This document shows, one piece after another, positions 50,121 to 63,839 of a DNA stretch of 64,000 nt (positions are counted from its first letter, which is position 1; each line of letters begins with the position of its first letter). The notes under the pieces are model-generated. The model did not search any database and was not told where the DNA came from. It worked only from the letters and a program-made list of their open reading frames with translations. Source of the stretch: Macrostomum lignano (lineage: Eukaryota); assembly GCA_002269645.1 (NCBI GenBank), contig NIVC01000438.1, positions 287,379 to 351,378 on the forward strand, written 5' to 3'. A program made the position numbers and the translations under genes.

Positions 50121-53037
50121 TATGAGGGTTTCATGATAGATATTCAGACATACATTCAAACGATCGTCTTTAACTTTTAACAAAATTGACCCGCTTCAAC
50201 CATCTTTTTGACAAATACTTATGCAAGTGTTGGTCATCAAATAAGCTTTAATTTATTAATTGAAGTAAAAATCTTTCTGACATACATTGATTTAAAAATT
50301 GCTTAGGCCTAGCAACACTCTGATTAGATATTGCTTTAATGTTGACTGAAATTGTTTTGATCGTAGCAGCCTAAAAGCAGGTACTGGATTAAAAAATGCT
50401 TTGATTTACTCTTTATGCATGTCTTAGCTTTAAAATGACATGTCAGGCATCGCAAAAGACAGCTTTGATGCTGAGATATTCAACACTAAACATTGCTTTG
50501 CGCAAACTCACATTAAGAAATTTCACTGATTTTTTATCAATATTTGTGAATGTATAGCTACTATGTCCTTGTTTTTCATTGGAATCTTATCAAATTCTAG
50601 TCATATCTAAACTTCAATGATTTTTAATCAATATTTGTTCAGACGCTTGCCTACTTCTCCATTTATTAACCATAGCATGGATCCTTGCTAATGTACAAGT
50701 GTATTGTAAAATGCTTAAGACAATTATTTTTTTGATTTTTGTAAATTGTGTAGTATTACTGTCAAAACATTATTCTATATTATTATTATGATTATTAATA
50801 ATTATTACAAGTATTAAGCAATTGTGCAACTAAGCAAATAAGATGCATTGTTAGGGCATTAGGAAAAAATTATTATAAGCACAGTGGCTTCTATGATCTG
50901 CATTTCCAAGTTTACTTGTCAATGGCACAGCACATTGTACACACTGACATTTTTGCTTCTGTTCCAGCAGATTTTGTGGTGCCAAAAGAGGCATGATGGA
51001 CACTCAATCTATAGGATGCGGAAAAGTTAATGTTGCATTTTCTTAGCTACGCAAAGAGCTTTACACAAGTGTATAGGTTTACCCATTCAATCTGGCTATC
51101 CTGACCCAGTGGCTCTTCCTTTCCACTGAGCTTACAGGTGGGCTGTCGGCATGTCTTGCTAAAGTTTTGCAGTGCAGCTCTAATAATATTTCGTTCAGTC
51201 GCAAGCTTGGTTTGAGTGCAGTTTGCAATAACAGTGCACTTTTCCAGTAGCATCCATTGGCTAAGGTAATCTGTCAAAAAGTTGGATAGCCGCCATTGTT
51301 ATGGCAAAAAACACCTCCCTTGACAAGACAATCCCATTGCTCCAAACTTTGGGGTGGCCATTCCATAATGAAAATGTAAATTCTACTGCATCTAGCTACT
51401 TTGCAAGACACTTTTACAGTCCAAAAAGGACAAAGTCTACATTTTCTAGATTGCGGAGTTTGAATATAGCAGTAGCCCCTCATTTTAAGAACACAAGATG
51501 ACAATGTTTGCAGTGACTTACATAGGGCTTCATTTAGCGGCGCTTTGAAAAATATATACTTTGACCTATTTGAAGTCTCCGCCAATTGGACTGCTTCTAC
51601 ATTGGAGCTCAACATTTGAAACCGTCCTTGAACTATTTCAGAGTTAATTGAGCTAATGGTATCAAATAGAAGGCTAGTGCTCATACTCGTAAGCAAAGCA
51701 GGTTCACAATTAAAATGGTTGTATTTATGGCCATGGGATCTAAACTGATCTGTTTCACTTTCACTCGCTTCAGTCTCAGAAGGAGCAGCAGTTGATGGAC
51801 TGAGGAGAGAAGAAGATGCATCACGACTTGAGCTGCTTTTAGAAAATATCTTTATCCAATTAAATATTTTCATGTGGCTCCTTAGGTTGTTCCGCATTCC
51901 AAGTCTAGACAGAAAAAAGTTAAGAACTGCTATGGTAGTCCAAAGGGATTGGAAAGCTTAGCAGTACATTAGAAATCGCCTGTTCAATCTAAAAAGTATG
52001 AAGTACATAGCTATTGGGTTGCAACAACAGTGGAAGAAATTTTTCCTTTTTATTCCCACCACTTACCTCATTCTCCTCATTCTGATTTGGATAGCAAAAG
52101 CCATGCAAAAAAAGTAAAAAAAATAACAAATAAACTATTTGCTTCATATTAATTGCCACTAACTGTTATTATATGCAACGTCAATTTCTCTCAATAACAG
52201 TTGGAACATGTTTGTTGTATGCTCCTATATTTATTTGAACCACAAAGTGGTGAAAAGTCATGATTGGTTGCCATATGTACAAATGTACACTTAGTGACTC
52301 ACTGACTCAGGTACGATCTATGAGCTATGCAAGATAAAGGCAGGAATCTTTAAAAATAAAATACTAAAGACAGTTTAAAAATAGAAGCAATCAATAAAAT
52401 CAATAAAATAAATGCCTTAAGCATTCCACCTTGCCTTAAAAATCAGTGAAATTTCTGAATATGAATTCGCGCAAAGCAATGTTTAGTGTCAAATACCTCA
52501 GCATCAAAGCTGACTTTTGCGACGACTGAGGTGTCATTTTAAAGCTGAGACATGCGTATAGACATGACTAGAATTTGACAAGATTCTAATGAAAAACAAG
52601 GACATAGCAGCTGCACAAATATCAATAAAAAATCAATGAAATTTCTGAATGTGAGTTCGCGCAAAGCAATGTTTAGTGTCAAATATCTCAGCATCAAAGC
52701 TGTCTTTTGTGACGCCTGACATGTCATTTTAAAGCTAAGACATGCATAAAGAGTAAATCAAAGCATTTTTTAATCCAGTACCTGCTTTTAGGCTGCTACG
52801 ATCAAAACAATTTCAGTCAATGGTAAAGCAATGTCTAATCAGAGTGTTGCTAAGAAATTTTTAAATCAATGTATGTCAGAAAGATTTTTACTTCAATTAA
52901 TAAATTAAAGCTTATTCGACACCCAACACTTGTATAAGTATTTGTCAAAAAGATGGTTGAAGTGGGTCAATTTTGTTAAAAGTTAAAGATGATCATTTGA
53001 ATGTCTGTCTGAATATCTGTCGTGAAATCCTTACATA
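50121..53037. mobile_element. Element with ~500-bp diverged TIRs and unidentified ~2-kb interior
   Basis: 50121-50610 is the reverse complement of ~52556-53037 with scattered substitutions. The left end TATGAGGG resembles mariner TACGAGGG. There is an extra sub-repeat at 52440-52555. Confidence 0.75.
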
Positions 53038-53970
53038 GTTTGTATTATATATTAGTGTAATAGTGTACACCAAATTTAATGCCAGAAAAATGACAAGACC
53101 TCATTTGTATACTAGGTTTGTGTGCCAATACAATTAATTTGTCATATGTCCTTTCACACAATGTATCTACTGACTGACTGGCACTGCCTCATATTTGCTA
53201 GGATATGCCTTGATTTACACTGAAAAATGATGAGACCTTTGTTATAGGCCTATACTAGGAAATCTTGCCATATATGTCACCTTCTAAACTAAGGCTATCC
53301 TAACCCTATGGCTATATATTAAGGGCTTTGGGCTAGACAATATCATTTTTTGAGAATTTCAAGAATTGAGATTGGCCTCTATAAGATATTTGAGATTCCA
53401 TTGAGATTCAAAACATATAGTGGAACAACAAAATTTATAAAGGCGCATTTCATTTGTGAAAGGGGGTCAGTTTGGCCTAGCTGGCCATATTGGCTTATCT
53501 TAGTTATGCCATTGCCACTTTTTTTGGCACTAAAAGCACTTATTTTAGAGCTGCAGGCACTCAATTGCCTTATGGTTTTTAGTACCTACTGCACCCAACC
53601 CCACCTCCCTAGGCAATTGGGGGGGGGGGAGGCACAGCCCCTTGGCTACTTCACTATAAAAAAGATCATTTAGAATCATGCAAAATGCAACAAAGAGCCA
53701 AATACTATAGGAACAATGAAAATTTTTTCTGCAAAAGTATTTAAGTTTTAAGATTCTTTGTAACATACAAAAGTTAAACAAAATATTGACATTGAAATTG
53801 ACACCATTAGGCTCTATGATGCTGCATTTATTATAGATAAAATGTTTTCTCAAACATTTGTTTTATTATCTTGAATCTTGACATTTTTTGAGATTTGAAA
53901 TTGAGATTAAGATTTTAGAAAACCCTAAGATCTTGATAAGATTTATCAAGATCTCATCTAACCCCTACTA

Positions 53971-53993
53971 TCTCTACCTATAAAAATCAAAAC

Positions 53994-54026
<33 letters not shown>

Positions 54027-55496
54027 GGACAAATTACTTCGCTATGGACTCCCAAACCGCTCAACCAAATTACACCAAACTTTACACCCACCCTAAACTT
54101 ACTACGGAGAATGTCTTAGGCTACCTTTTAATTTCCTAGACTCAAGTCTTCCTACCTAAAAGTACAAAAAACTGCTCAAAATGCGCGATTTTTTCACTAA
54201 ATCCTCCATAGCGCCGCTCCACTTCTACCGATTCTCTTCAAATTTGACACAGGCAATTTTCAACTATTTTGACACAATCGTGTAAAATTTCGAGTCTCAA
54301 AGTTAATCCTGAGCGGTGCTGTGCACTTTTAAAGTTAGGCTGTTTTTTTCAGCGTAGCAACCACCCCAACCTCCGCCCGCCTGCCTCTCTTTCCCGATCT
54401 GGGCCCAGATGTGTAAAAGGGTTTCAAAATTGACTAACTTTCAGCTGCCATAAGTTTGCTCCACGTAAAGCGATTGACTTCAAACTTGACACAATTCTTC
54501 ATTGACCCATTCTCTGTCGAAATCTAAAGTTTCAACTCTGTAACTCAACCGAAAAAGAAACTGTAAGCATGTGAAGTTTGTCTGCTTTTTCTGTTGTTTG
54601 CCGCTCATCCAACTCATTCCCCCAGACGAAGGATCAGGCGATAGGGCTCAATGTACATAGCGAATGTACAGTGTTTTGGAATAACTTTTTAATAGCCTTC
54701 TCTGTACCCCCGCGAGTGGAGAGGCGTGGAGAGGAGAGAGTTTAGCGAGAGATTCAATTTCAAACCACTGTCCTCTGAATAGACAAGTCTGCAGCAGTTA
54801 AACAAGGATGGCAAACCAAGGCGATGTGGGATAGTTTGTAAAAATATCGAAAAATTAATGAATAACTGATTACAATGCAATCCTACTAAATTAGTTACAC
54901 CATGAAGCTTTTAACATTAAGTTTCGCATAGGGTAACTTTAAAATTTAAATGACTCCTAAGAAATGCGTATTTCCTTGGTTGTTAGACTGCTGCAGAGTG
55001 CAGACTGTGGTGGTGGAGCTGGAGATACACAAATTCCTCTCAGGGCTGCTAATTGGCCAGAAAGGTGACGTGATTAAAGCATGAGAAATGATAACCATGA
55101 TAGTACCGTCCCACAAACTGGCTTTCGAAGCAGGGATCGTTAGATTTTTAACTCAAAGGCCAGATAAAGAATCCAACTCATGGCTGCGGGCCAGATGAGA
55201 GTGAAAAAGAAAAGGAATAGACTATTAGAAAGAGAGGAAGGGCGAGAGGGGGGTAAGAGAGAATATATTAAGATAACAGGAGAGACGAGTGGGGTGAGGA
55301 CGAGGAGAGAGCAGAGAATATGGGAGGAGGAGGGGAGACAGGAGGGAGAGGAAAGAGTAGAGGAGAGAAGAGGGGAGAGATGAGACAGAGGATCGATGAG
55401 AGAGGAGAGTAGAGAAGAGTGAGAAGAGAATAGAGAACAGAGAGGAGATAGGAGGGGAGAGAGAGGTAGAGAGGAGTGAGAAGAGAGAAGATAAAA

Positions 55497-55572
<76 letters not shown>

Positions 55573-56794
55573 GAAAGAAGAGAGGAGAAAGGAGAGATGA
55601 TAGAGTAAAGGGAAGAAGAGGAGAGAGGAAATAGATGAGATTGTGGAGATGAGAGAGATGAAAGGAAAGATGAGAGAGTAGAGATGAGAGATGAAGGAAG
55701 AGAGAGCAGAGTGCAGAGACAAGAGAAGAGAATAGAGGGGAGAGAGTATAGAAGAGGGAAGAGAAGAGGAGTAAGAAGAGAGGATTCAGTAGAGGGGAAA
55801 GAGAAGTGTACACAGGAGAGTGGAGAGTAAAGATGACAGAAGAGAGAGGGGGTAGAGAGCAAAGATGAGAGTGAACGCGAAATATGAGAGGAGAGATGAG
55901 AGTGAAGAGAGAAGACAAGAGAGGGAGATAATAGAAGAGGGAAGAGAAGAGAAGGGAAAAAGGAGAAAGGAAAAAGAGGAGTCAAAAGAGGGGAAGAGAA
56001 GAGTACAGATGAGAGAGGTGAGAAAACATACGAGTATAAGAGAGTAAAGATGGCAGATGAGAGAGGGGAGATGAGAGACCAGAGACGAGAGTGAACAGAC
56101 GAGAGATGGGAGAGTGGAGAGAAAAAAGGATAGAAATAAGAGATGAGAGGTGAGACAAGGGAGAGAGAAGTGAGTGAGGAGAGAGGAGGAGAGGGGAGAG
56201 AACCGAGAGGACAGGGGAAAGAGGAGAAAGGACGAGAGAGGAGAGGAAACAGGGGAGAGATTAGAGGAGAAAGAGAGATGGGCCAGGAGAGAGCAGAGAG
56301 CTGCAGATGAGAGGAGAGAGGAGACAGCAGAGAGGAGAGCAGAGAGGAAACAGGTGAAAGAAGAGATGAGAGAGTAAAGGGAAGAGAGAAGAGATAAAGA
56401 TACATCTCTACATCTCTAAGGTTGTAGAGATGAGAGATGTGGAAGGAGAGATGAGAGATGAGAGATAACGGAGAGAGGAGAGTGGAGTGAGAGAAGAGAG
56501 GGAGACAGAGTATAGAAAAGGGAAGAGAAGAGAAAAGAAGAAAGGAGAAAGGAAAGTGAGGAGTCAAAAGAGGGGGAAGAAAAGAGTACAGAGGAGAGAG
56601 GTGAGAGAACATATAAGACAGAGATGCCAGATTAAAGAGGGGGGTGAGAGAGCAGAGACGAGAGTGAACAGATAAAAGATGAGAGAGTAGAGAGAACAGA
56701 GGAGAGGTTACAGAGATGAGAGGAGAGAGGAGAGGAAAGAGGAGAATGGAAAGGGGAGAGAGTAGAGAGAGGAGGAGAGATAAGAGAGAAAGAC

Positions 56795-56868
<74 letters not shown>

Positions 56869-57524
56869 AGCAGAGAGAAATGAGAAGAGATAAGAGAGAA
56901 AAGATAAAAGAAGAGAAAGGAAAGATGAGAGAGCAAAGACGAGAGAGAAAAGAGGTGTGGGAAGAGACGAGAGAAGAGGGGAGAGATGAGAGAGTAGAGG
57001 AGAGAGTTAAGAGAAGAGAGAAAAGAATAGAAAGGAGAAGGAAGATAAGAGAGAAGAGGGGGTGAGAGGAGAGAGGAGAGGGGGAGAGAGGAGAGAGGAG
57101 AGGAGAGAGAAAAGAAGAGACAAGAGATGAGATAAGAGAGATGAAAGAGAAGAGAGATGAGGGAAGATACGAGAGAAGAGGGGAGAGAGGAGAGATAAGG
57201 GACGAGAGAGATGAGAGGAAACAAAGAGACAATAGAAATTTTAAAAGATCCAAGGGACGTAGGGAGAGTCAGGGAGAGACCAGAGTTTAGCAATATATGT
57301 TTTAGAGTCAGACAGACATTGCCTGACATTCTGCGCAGTACCCCAGCCAACAATGTCTCAGACGCTAATTTTACACGAATGTGCTCCATTTTATGTCTAC
57401 CTCTATCCTACGAACTATTAACAAGTTTTTGTTTGTTTATGGCCTTAGATTTCAGAATACATGCAAAAATAGTTCCGGGGATTGGAATTCCCCGGGTTCA
57501 AAATCCGCGGGTTTCAACAGCTTG
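53971..57524 (+). mobile_element. Non-autonomous Helitron-like element, copy 2
   Basis: A|TCTCTACCTATAAAAATC followed by (CTGT)n, a GC-rich near-hairpin CCCCGGG..CCGCGGG, and the terminus CAGCTTG|T; no TIR or TSD. Both ends are confirmed by homology with the copy at 47970-49213. Confidence 0.65.
55200..57240. repeat. ~2-kb GA-rich polypurine tract with two pure (GA)n runs
   Basis: Pure (GA)n at ~55500-55570 and ~56795-56865; source of the Ser/Leu pseudo-ORFs. Confidence 0.95.
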
Positions 57525-57859
57525 TATATTATAATTTTATTATATGCTTATTTGTGGTATTGTCTTGATAAAGATACTAGGAGGGAAGACTAGGCCCCTA
57601 GCCTAGCATTCTGATTTTCAAAATTGTATCTTTACCTCAAATTAGACTTTAGATATAATTTTGCATCCTAGCAATAGCAAAAAACCTAGCATGGCCCCTT
57701 ATAATATAATATATCTACTGGGATAAATATTGGCAATATAAAAATAGACTCTATTTTAATTGATCTATATAATCTTAAATATAATATTAAACTTTTTCTA
57801 CTTTAATCTAACCCAACCTTCTAATAGGCCTAGGGACTCCAATAAGATTTTTTAAAGTT

Positions 57860-58140
57860 TGAATTTAGTTCTTCCCTCTTTTTTCCACTTTTTTGTAGAC
57901 TTATTTCTCTCTTTCTCCTTTTCACTCCTCCTTTTCATCTCTTTCTCTTTTCTCTCTATTTTCTTTTCTTTGCTTTCATTTTTCCTCTTTTCTCTTTTCT
58001 TTTTTTTGCTTCTCTCCTTCTCAGTTCTCCCTATTTCTCTCTTTCTTCTTCCCTTTTTATTCCACTCTCTCCCATCTTCTTCCTATCCCCTCTCTTTTCC
58101 CTTTCCTCTTTCTACTCTTCCCTCTTCTCTTATCTTAAGC
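57860..58140. repeat. CT-rich low-complexity tract
   Basis: Composition almost entirely pyrimidine. Confidence 0.8.
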
Positions 58141-58432
58141 TTTAGCAAAATGTCTTACCTCAAAAGAGAGCCAGAAAGTACAAAAAAGTACAACAAAGGT
58201 CTATATTGAAGGTCTGCAGCATACTACTTTTTAGACCTTGATAAGGTTTATATTGAAAAGGTCTCAAATTTACAATCCATATTGTTGGTCCCATTATAGT
58301 CCAAATTGAAGGTCCACGGCATACTACTTTTTTACCTTTTAAGGTTTGTATTACAAATGTATAAAATAAATGGTCCAAATTTGATCACCTATTTGAATTC
58401 AATATTTGCTGATATTGCAGATTGCTTAAATA

Positions 58433-59169
58433 CAAGTGGTGTCCCAAAAGTTGGTGCACTTTCTTCACTACAGCCTTTTCTGACTGATCAGAAACATTAA
58501 GTCTATTGCAGTTGAAAAGAGAATTATCTGCCCATTAAAATGACTTTCTGTTTATTTCTGTATCTGACTGGCATTCTTGAGATATGAGCACTTTTCTGCC
58601 CTACCCCCTATGCTACTTTTACAAATTGCCATAGACCAAAGCTTTATACCTGATGCACAAAACAACAAAACATTCAATGAATCAACAAAACATCCACAAA
58701 ATGAAAGCTGAGGAAAGAACAGTCAAAAGTTAATCATCAACATTGTCCTGAGGCTTCTCCACATAGTCACCACTGTGCTACACACTTCTGCCATCGGCTA
58801 TGTATGTTGACAATGCACATCCCACATGGCCAAGAAAACGGAAGACACAATAGAGTAGGCAAATTTTGTGCTGCTCTCACTGCTACTCTACTCTCTGGAT
58901 TTGTCAACAGCTAACTTTGCCTTCTTTCCAAAGAGGAAGAAGCTGCTGCATGGACAAATCTTTGCTTGTTGTGGGAGCCTGGAAGCATTGACTTGCCAAG
59001 TTCTCCTTCATGAGATGCCATGCTCAGATTTTGCTAGTTGACAACATTGACAACATGCATAGCCAATGGCAGAAGTGTGCAGTGCAGTGATGACTATGTG
59101 GAGAAGCCTCACGATCAGTCAGAAAAGGCTGTAGTGAAGAAAGTGCACCAACTTTTGGGACACCCCTTG
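58433..59169. mobile_element. Tc1/mariner-type MITE, TA-flanked
   Basis: TA|CAAGTGGTGTCCCAAAAGTTGGTGCACTTTCTTCACTACAGCC... versus ...GGCTGTAGTGAAGAAAGTGCACCAACTTTTGGGACACCCCTTG|TA (~57 bp, 1 mismatch). An inner inverted pair lies at 58752-58815 / 59045-59108. Confidence 0.88.
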
Positions 59170-61349
59170 TAATATACTCACAAGTTGGATACTTATTCCA
59201 CTTTCTAACCATTTGCTTTTAAAATCAGTTTGACACAAAATTCTATTATTACCTATATTTTAGGCATTGTTAAGCTTAATAGAAAAGACTTTAAACTAGA
59301 AAATTTATAGCATACATGTTAATTTTAATTCAACAAATTTTTGCAGATTTAGTTGCTTAAAATGTATTTCTATACTACATTTGGCTGCTTTAAAGTTTAT
59401 ATTTCAAAAAACATGAACATGATGTACTACAGAGCTTAACCATTTTGCTATTTACTGGCATGAGAAAAATGATATGGCAAACAGATACAAGATAATGAAT
59501 TTACTGACATAGGAATAAATAGTATGCCACTAAGATATAGATGTGATAATAATGACAAAGACTTCAATAGCCCCTACTTAAACTCAACAACATTGGGGGT
59601 GCTTTATTTAATAATTATTTTTGTTTGAAAACTTACCTTAACCCTAAATTAATAGAGCTAACTTAGATTTTATTTTTTAAGATGCATAGTACTAAGTACT
59701 TAAGCTCTTTAATTGTACAAATAATATAGAGAAAAACTAATAACTAATAAATTAGTGAAATGCATCAGCCAGGGTAATGGCAGGTCCTTGTGAGATGTAG
59801 TTTCATTGTTAAAGGTATGCAAGGACCTTTATAGCTTCTAAAAATGCTTTTAGTTTTTTACGTTATAAATAAAATGCAATGACAGTAGCCTATAGCTTTT
59901 TAGGTCCTATGTCAATTTCAAACAAGAATTCCTTATAGTACTTGTAATTTTTCATAGACTGGCACTTCTCATAAACATCAATCCAGGCACAAATAATGTT
60001 AGTACAAATATTGCTAGGATTGTTAAGAATAATAGTTAGCCCTTTGCCTTCAATCATGAGGTATATGCCTCTTGAAGAATTACACTTGAATTTGATAGTG
60101 GGTGGTACAAGTTGATTTCTTTGGCAATGCTAAGTCTTGACAGCAAATAATTTGCATTGGGAAAAATGATCTTCATATCTTCAAGCACCTTTTCAATGCT
60201 TTCTAAGTGGAAGTCCATATTTAGACAAAGACAAAAAGCTTTGTGCTCATCAGGCACTTCTACCTCATTAGTAGAATAGAAAATTATGCTTTTTGCCACA
60301 TTTTGGCCATCTTCTTTGTCTGATAGGTTACACCATTTGCAGGAGGCTCAAGTTCTGCATCCTCTTTGTTAGTACACAAGTTTTCTTTGTCATTGTCTCC
60401 TACTGCTAATTTGTTCTTCCACTTGCTGCCATGTTTCTCGCACATTCAAGCTATGAGATGGCTCAATGCCTCAGGTAGAATGCAAGTGTATCTAGGTCTT
60501 TAAATAAACATGATTTTGCTGCACCGAAATTGGCATTTATCCTTTGTCTTTTAAGGCCTAGATAGGTGGAAATTATTGCTTTGCACACATCACCCAACTG
60601 GTCATAATTTAAAAATAAGGATCTTTAACTTTATAATCAATAAAAATATTGATGATTATGAGCTTCAAAAACATGTTATAGAATGTTGAACTGATTTTGA
60701 GATCTTGACCCTTGGCTGGATTTTGACAAAGTTCCTGAAGTGCAGCAGATAGCTCAGTCATTTTGGACAGTCAGTAAATCTGTTTAGTAACACTTGACTT
60801 TTTTAATGGCCAAAATGTATTACAGAATGCAACCTTTTTAAATAAAAGTTAAGTATTTACTATTTTTATGCCAACACTTTTTAGTTATGTTAAATATTGA
60901 GTTTGGTGTCATGTTTTAGATTTTTCAGCTTTATGATGAACATATTTGCATGAAAAACATTGTTTTCATTCCAAGTATTCTAGCTCTAAAGGTAGGATCA
61001 TATGTTAGGAACTAGCAAAAATGGTGCATGTTTTTATTTTTTTAAAGCCTAATATCTTTGTATTTATTGCTCCTAAACTCACTTAAATGGTCTTAATTCT
61101 GTAACCATAGCAACCACCAGGCAATATTTCTGTAGCCACAATCTGTAACCGAATTTTACTAAAAAAGGCACCCCAAATGTCCACAAAAAGTGGACATTTA
61201 CATTACTCGTATAAAGCAAGAAGTAATATATTCGATAAGCACGAGATGAATGTACATGGCTCAAAGTACATTTATATTTAAGCTGTATAATCCAGCTGTA
61301 TAATGCAGTATAATATATTTATTGATTTCATTCAAATTTCCATAATCCA

Positions 61350-63839
61350 CAGTTTGATCTTGGTAACTGAACTCGACTACATCGAAGATGTTGAGCATTT
61401 GTTTCAACTGGCCAGCATTGAGCTACCATCCAATGCGGCTATTGTCAGCACTAAGTGGCTTTCTGATTGTATTCGAGCGAAAGCTCTGACTACACCAGAG
61501 AAGCAACACTTTCTTTGTCGTAAAGCTCCTGAGGTAATGATGAGTTTTACTAACAATCTATTGATATGAAGCTGGTATTTTAGCTGTTTAAAAGCGCCAG
61601 AAATCGTTTCTCTCGCTTTGCAGAAAAAGTTACCAGAGGATTCTGCAACATCAACGGACATATCGTCAGCATCTGCTGCTGCTTTTCCAACTGAGTTCCT
61701 GTGTCAGATGCGCTGCCCTTTGGAGCACCACAATGCCTCACTTGCTGTTAGTTCGTTTTCTATGAGTTGCGAGACTTGCCGCTTTTTTATATGCCTCCCT
61801 GATCCTCAGTTGCTGGGCCAGCCTCCCAGATCCTCAGTTGCTGGGCCGGCCTCCCAGAGTGTCAGCTGTTGGGCAGCCTCCCAGATCCTCAGTTGCTGGG
61901 CCAGCCTCCCAGATCCTCAGTTGCTGGGCAGCCTTCCAGATCCTGAATGTCAGTTTCTGGGCCAGCCTCCAAGATCCTCAGTTGCTGGGCCGGCCTCCCA
62001 GAGTGTCAGCTGTTGGGCAGCCTCCCAGATCCTCAGTTGCTGGGCCAGCCTTCCAGATCCTGAATGTCAGTTTCTGGGCCAGCCTCCAAGATCCTCAGTT
62101 GCTAGGCCAACAGCCTCCCAGATCGTCGGTTGCTTGGCCAACAGCCTCCTAGATCCTCAGTTGCTTGGACCACCAGCCTCCCAGATCCTCAGTTGCTGGG
62201 CCAGTACTAAGCATTGATCTCACATGAACAAGGCTCCCAAAATCCCATTTGAATCCCTACAGCAAGCCCTGTCAGTTCTGGCCCGCAACTCGGAACACCA
62301 GTACGGCATCACCAAGGACCAGCAGTACTACGCCAAAGCCCTAGCATTCGATCGCGCCGCAGCTTGTCTGAAAAGTCTCCAACAACCGCTATTATCAATC
62401 AGTCAGCTGACCGACAGCTGTCCTCGATACATTGGCGATCACGCTATTCGGATTATCACAGAACTGTTAAACACGGGCGCGTCAGCTGAAGTTGATGCTG
62501 TGACAGGCTCGGACCTGTACCAGTGCATGACTAATCTCACAGCTGTCTATGGGGTTGGTCAAGCGTTAGCCTACAAATGGTACAGCTGTGGGGTCAAGTC
62601 GGTCTCCGATGCTACTCATCGATTGTTGCGCCATCATGAGTGTGGCGAAGGTCAACAACAGAAGAGAGACAGTGAACTTGTTGCCTTGCTTCCCATGGGA
62701 GGCGGTGATCACAAGTGAGTGCGTTTGATTGGTTGAACTCTGCTTGACGCGTCTAATGATGTTTTGATAGCTCAAGAAGACGTATGTAGCTTCACAAATA
62801 CCAAGCTTCAAAAATAGTAAATTCATTCACACACACTAAGATTCAAAAACACTGAGATTCACACACACTAAGATTCACAAACACTGAAATTCACACACAC
62901 TAAGATTCACAAACACTGAAATTCACACACACTACGATTCACAAACGCTTAACTTCACAAATACTAAGATTCACAAACACTGAGATTCACAAACACTACG
63001 ATTCACAAACGCTGAACTTCACAAACACTAAGATTCTCAATCGCTAAGCTTCACAAATACTAAACTTCACAAACACTGAGTTTCACAAACACTAATATTC
63101 ACAAACGCCAAGCTTCACAAACACTACGATTCACAAACGCTGAACTTCACAAACACTAAGATTCTCAATCGCTAAACTTCACAAACACTGATATTCACAA
63201 ACCTTTTCAACCACTACATGTATTTGATTGACAAAGACCTTATTCAGCCTCCCGTATTTTCCATTTCACAGGCGTCTTCAAACAGGCCTAGCCTTTCACA
63301 ACGATCTCGTCAACAAGCCTGTAGCACTTGCTGAAGCCAGCTATTTTCGCGATTTAATTGCAAAACTGCTACTGGAACTACGAGGCCCCGGATTCACAGT
63401 CACCTTAGTTGGCGGTTTCAGTCGAGGCAAATCAACCGGTCACGATTGCGACTTGTTAATTACTCACGATGTCGAAGGCAGAGAGGCTGGAGCTGTGTCC
63501 GACTTGGCCAGAGTTTTGACAGCTGCCGGGATGGTGATACACGGCACATTTGAAGCTAACAGCTTCAGTCCGTCAGTTTTGAGTAGAGATTTTAGAGTGA
63601 AAGAGTTGAGATCTACGTTGGATCATTTCGAAAAATGGTTAGGCGTTATTAAACTGTCTAGCAGGGATGCTGATTCATCAACTGTAGACCGCGATGTCGA
63701 ATCGATTATGGCCAAGATCGACGGGAACGGCTGCGACAGGCGGGGCGAGGGGCTACCAGCAGCGAAACGGCGAGCCCTATCGCCTAACTATTGCGCGTTT
63801 GATAGCTTTGCCGAGGCTGTGGCTATGGCTGGCGGTGAG
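61350..63839 (+). CDS. POLM: X-family DNA polymerase, Pol mu/TdT-like, partial; exons ~61350-61533, 61624-61746, 62263-62714, 63272-63839 (5' start uncertain, 3' end beyond window)
   Basis: BRCT-like IVSTKWLSDCIRA; FLCQMRCPLEHHN (cf. YACQRRTTLNNHN); 8-kDa domain ALAFDRAAACLKSL; HhH motif VYGVGQALAYKWY; catalytic VGGFSRGKSTGHDCDLLITH; LDHFEKWLGVIKL. The GHD motif plus BRCT points to the Pol mu/TdT branch. Splice phases are consistent. Confidence 0.85.
61795..62210. repeat. ~28-bp degenerate minisatellite (CCTCCCAGATCCTCAGTTGCTGGGCCAG), intronic
   Basis: Tandem copies within the predicted intron 61747-62262. Confidence 0.9.
62820..63205. repeat. Degenerate TTCACAAACACTAAGA-type minisatellite, intronic
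   Basis: Tandem copies within the predicted intron 62715-63271. Confidence 0.9.

Noticed and set aside
55140-57389. 749-aa Ser/Leu-rich membrane-like ORF
   Set aside because: Antisense reading of a GA polypurine tract, where stop codons are compositionally excluded.
60054-60299. 81-aa minus-strand ORF, possibly a MULE-like transposase fragment
   Set aside because: Too short, no convincing catalytic motif, and no flanking TIRs found.
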